From: a virus
Lineage: Duplodnaviria > Caudoviricetes
IMG/VR virus record: IMGVR_UViG_3300012942_000117
Coordinates: 1 to 27,791 of that record
DNA length: 27,791 nt
Direction: 5' to 3' (one strand)
A program made the position numbers and the translations under genes. Below, in pieces: positions 25,401-27,791 of the stretch. Within the stretch, counting starts at the first letter, position 1. Each line of letters begins with the position of its first letter. Below the pieces are notes generated by a model. It was not told the DNA's origin. It searched no databases and was given only the letters and a program-made list of their open reading frames with translations.

Positions 25401-26642
25401 ATGCCCCTCAATGACACCCGCCTGCGCGCGCTCAAGCCGCGGCCCAAGGTCTACCGCGTGGCCGACATGGATGGCCTGTGCATCGAGGTGCGGCCGAGCG
25501 GCGCGCGATGCTGGCGATTCCGCTACCGCTTCGCCGGCCGGGCCAACATGCTCGACCTGGGTGGGTATCCGGCTGTGAGCCTGCAGGAGGCGCGCAGGGA
25601 GCGCGACCGGCTGCGAGGCATGGTCAGGCAAGGGGTAGACCCCAGCGCGGCGCGTAGGCAGGCGTTGGCGCAGCAGACGGCGGCCTCTGATTTGTTTGAA
25701 CCAGTCGCACGGGAGTGGCTGGCCAAGCAGGGTGCATGGTCACCGGCAACGATGACCAAGGCGGTGGCGCTGCTGGAGAATTGGGCGTTTCCCTGGATCG
25801 GCCGGCGCCGGCTGCGCGAGGTGAGCGTAGGCGACATGCTACTGTTGGTCCAGCGCCCCGAAGCGCAAGGCAAGATCGAGACCGCTCAGCGACTCAAGCA
25901 GCGGTGCGGCCAGGTGTTCCGCTACGGCATTCCAAGCGGCCGTTGCGACAGTGACCCGACCGCCAGCCTGCGCGGCGTGCTGCAGACGGCGCGGGTGCGG
26001 CACCACGCCAGCCTGACCGACCGTGTACGCGTGGGTGGGTTGTTGCGTGCGATCGATGGTTATCCGGGCACCTTCGTGGTGAAGTGCGCGCTGCACTTGT
26101 CGGCGCTGACGTTCGTGCGGCCAGGTGAGCTGCGGGCGTGGGAGTGGACCGAGGTGATCGAGGACGGCACGTTGTGGCGTATCCCGGCCGAGAAGATGAA
26201 GATGAGGGAGCCGCACCTGGTGCCATTGTCCCACCAGGCGCGCGCGGTGCTGGATGAACTGCGACCCGTGACCGGCGGCGGGCGCTACGTGCTGCCAAGC
26301 GCCCGCGGTGGCGGACGCTGCATGTCGGAAAATACCGTGGGTGTGGCGTTGCGCACGCTGGGCTACACCAACCGCGACATGACGGCGCACGGCTTCCGGT
26401 CGATGGCTTCCACACTGCTGAATGAAGCCGGGTTCAACCGCGACTGGATTGAGCGACAGCTTGCGCACGCCGAACGCGACGCGGTGCGGTCAGCCTACAA
26501 CTACGCCGAGTTCTTGCCCGGCCGGCGCGACATGATGCAGGCCTGGGCGGATCTGTTGGACAAGCTTAAGCGGGGTGGCGACGTGGTACCGCTACAGGCA
26601 ATGGGGCAGATTAGGCGGCGACCTCGTGTGCCAGGGTCATGA
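25401..26642 (+). CDS. int: Tyrosine integrase, P4-like family
   Basis: N-terminal arm-binding domain (D.DGL..EV.PSG...WRFRYR, LG.YP.VSL.EAR); catalytic R (VRPGELR), HGFR, LAH, AYN. Confidence 0.96.
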   Translation: MPLNDTRLRALKPRPKVYRVADMDGLCIEVRPSGARCWRFRYRFAGRANMLDLGGYPAVSLQEARRERDRLRGMVRQGVDPSAARRQALAQQTAASDLFEPVAREWLAKQGAWSPATMTKAVALLENWAFPWIGRRRLREVSVGDMLLLVQRPEAQGKIETAQRLKQRCGQVFRYGIPSGRCDSDPTASLRGVLQTARVRHHASLTDRVRVGGLLRAIDGYPGTFVVKCALHLSALTFVRPGELRAWEWTEVIEDGTLWRIPAEKMKMREPHLVPLSHQARAVLDELRPVTGGGRYVLPSARGGGRCMSENTVGVALRTLGYTNRDMTAHGFRSMASTLLNEAGFNRDWIERQLAHAERDAVRSAYNYAEFLPGRRDMMQAWADLLDKLKRGGDVVPLQAMGQIRRRPRVPGS

Positions 26643-27120
26643 CCAGCGCACCAGGAATGCCGGAGCGGCGCAGGGCTGCGACGTTGTGTGCGCCGTAGGC
26701 AATCAGAACCATGGGGCCGCCACTGTTGCCCCTGGCGCGTGTTCCGTCCGGGTGGTGGAAGTGCGGGCGCTTGGCCATGAACAGCAGCGCATCGGCGCAC
26801 GGCCAAACGAAGCGCTGGAACATCGTGGTTTCGGTGCGCGCGAACACCAACGCGATGCCGTCGCCGTGCTTGGCGAGCCGTTCGAGCCACGCCGCAGCAT
26901 GCGGCCCATAGGGTGGATTTAACCAGACGCGGCCTTCCCAGCGCGCAAGCAAGCCATTCTCGGGCGGTGCAATCATGTTCCACGCCGTAACCCATGGCTG
27001 GTGGACAGCAGCACAAGGATCGAGGTCGAACAGGCCGAGCGCGCGCACTATCTCAGGAGGGGTCAGCCAGTCATGCGTGGCAGCTATCGGCCGCGAAGCG
27101 TAGGGGTGGCCGGTGCTCAC
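26611..27120 (-). CDS. Phage DNA N6-adenine methyltransferase
   Basis: DWLTP, FDLDPC, NGL...W.G.VWLNPPY, ARTET motifs; GTG 27120 coupled to the upstream stop (GTGA). Confidence 0.88.
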   Translation of the reverse strand: MSTGHPYASRPIAATHDWLTPPEIVRALGLFDLDPCAAVHQPWVTAWNMIAPPENGLLARWEGRVWLNPPYGPHAAAWLERLAKHGDGIALVFARTETTMFQRFVWPCADALLFMAKRPHFHHPDGTRARGNSGGPMVLIAYGAHNVAALRRSGIPGALVMTLAHEVAA

Positions 27121-27362
27121 GCCGCGTCCCGCTGCTGGTCGCGCTCGAGCATCCGCGCGGCGATGTATTCGTCCACCTCCGCCAGCACCCAGAACGACGA
27201 ACGTCCGCACTTCACTGGCGCCGGGAAACGGCCAGCCTTGATCTCGGCGTAGATCGTCGACGGGTGCATGCCTACGCGGTCGCGGACGCCCTTGGTGGCG
27301 GCGCGCTCGGGATGCTTCGGGTCGGGCGCCGGGGTCTTCATGGGGATGAGGATGTGGCTCAC
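27117..27362 (-). CDS. AlpA-family regulator / putative excisionase
   Basis: V..RVG...STIY..I..GRFP.PVK.G.SS.W...EVD.YI; near the integrase; GTG 27362 coupled to the upstream stop. Confidence 0.85.
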   Translation of the reverse strand: MSHILIPMKTPAPDPKHPERAATKGVRDRVGMHPSTIYAEIKAGRFPAPVKCGRSSFWVLAEVDEYIAARMLERDQQRDAA

Positions 27363-27622
27363 GACTTGCCCCCTAGCGGCAATGCGTACAAGCGCAAGCG
27401 GCCATCGCTCGACAGCGTTGCCACGACGGCGTGCTTGAGCAGGCGCGCCGTATGGATGGCTGCATGCGTCGTTTCGGGAATGATCAGCGTCGTGATGTTC
27501 ACGCCACCAGGGTAGGAATCCGCCCAGGCGTTCCGGCGCCGATCCTCCGATGCCTCGAGCTCGGCGACACGGCGCTTGAGCGCACGAGCCTCGCGCTGTG
27601 AGATTGGCTTGGTCTTGTTCAT
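27359..27622 (-). CDS. Hypothetical protein (87 aa)
   Basis: ORF translationally coupled on both sides. Confidence 0.7.
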   Translation of the reverse strand: MNKTKPISQREARALKRRVAELEASEDRRRNAWADSYPGGVNITTLIIPETTHAAIHTARLLKHAVVATLSSDGRLRLYALPLGGKS

Positions 27623-27791
27623 GCCGTCGTCTTCCCAGCCGCACCAAACGGCCCCAGTCCCTCGTAAAGCGCCGCCATTGCCAGCCTGGTCACGGTGTCG
27701 GGGGCTGTCTTGATGCGGCGGTAGAACGTGCCATTGGCGAGGCCGAGTTCTTGTCGCGCCACCTCCGGCGTGTAGGCGCTCGCCTCGAACC
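27619..27791 (-). CDS. Small HTH-like protein (partial, 3' end)
   Basis: Reads ...YTPEVARQELGLANGTFYRRIKTAPDTVTRLAMAALYEGL...*; ATGA overlap with the next gene. Confidence 0.6.
   Translation of the reverse strand, partial: FEASAYTPEVARQELGLANGTFYRRIKTAPDTVTRLAMAALYEGLGPFGAAGKTTA

Larger units (their letters stand above)
1..27791. mobile_element. Temperate podovirus genome segment (late region, attP-int, end of early arm), excised/circular configuration
   Basis: Contiguous portal-scaffold-capsid-tail tube-ejection-terminase-lysis-fibre genes, integrase and attP; no host genes. Confidence 0.95.

Noticed and set aside
26976-26990. Second parS (TGTTCCACG...)
   Set aside because: Half-site only, inside the MTase coding sequence

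Overview
The whole window is part of a GC-rich temperate podovirus with a T7/BPP-1/epsilon15-like virion module; a Xanthomonadales-like host is only an inference. Plus-strand order: end of an AAW-repeat gene, VRR-NUC nuclease, small HTH regulator, portal, scaffold, major capsid, decoration protein, tail tubular A/B, GNAT, four internal (ejection) proteins, TerS/TerL, lysis cassette, a separate tail-fibre module, attP and a P4-type tyrosine integrase. The convergent early arm follows on the minus strand: N6-adenine MTase, AlpA-like excisionase and small proteins. attP is intact (tRNA-Thr-like 3' end with phage genes on both sides), so this is the excised or virion form. Four observations stand out. 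(1) An ejection protein carries a lytic-transglycosylase domain and a zeta-toxin-like P-loop kinase domain, followed directly by two small ORFs overprinted in the +1 frame with a candidate internal promoter: a possible injected toxin with nested antitoxins. (2) A near-consensus chromosomal parS site sits inside attP. (3) Four copies of a palindromic ATAGTCGGGAWYCCG box with spaced -10-like hexamers mark the late operons. (4) A tandem structured RNA motif lies in the capsid leader. All family assignments come from motifs read by eye; no searches were run.
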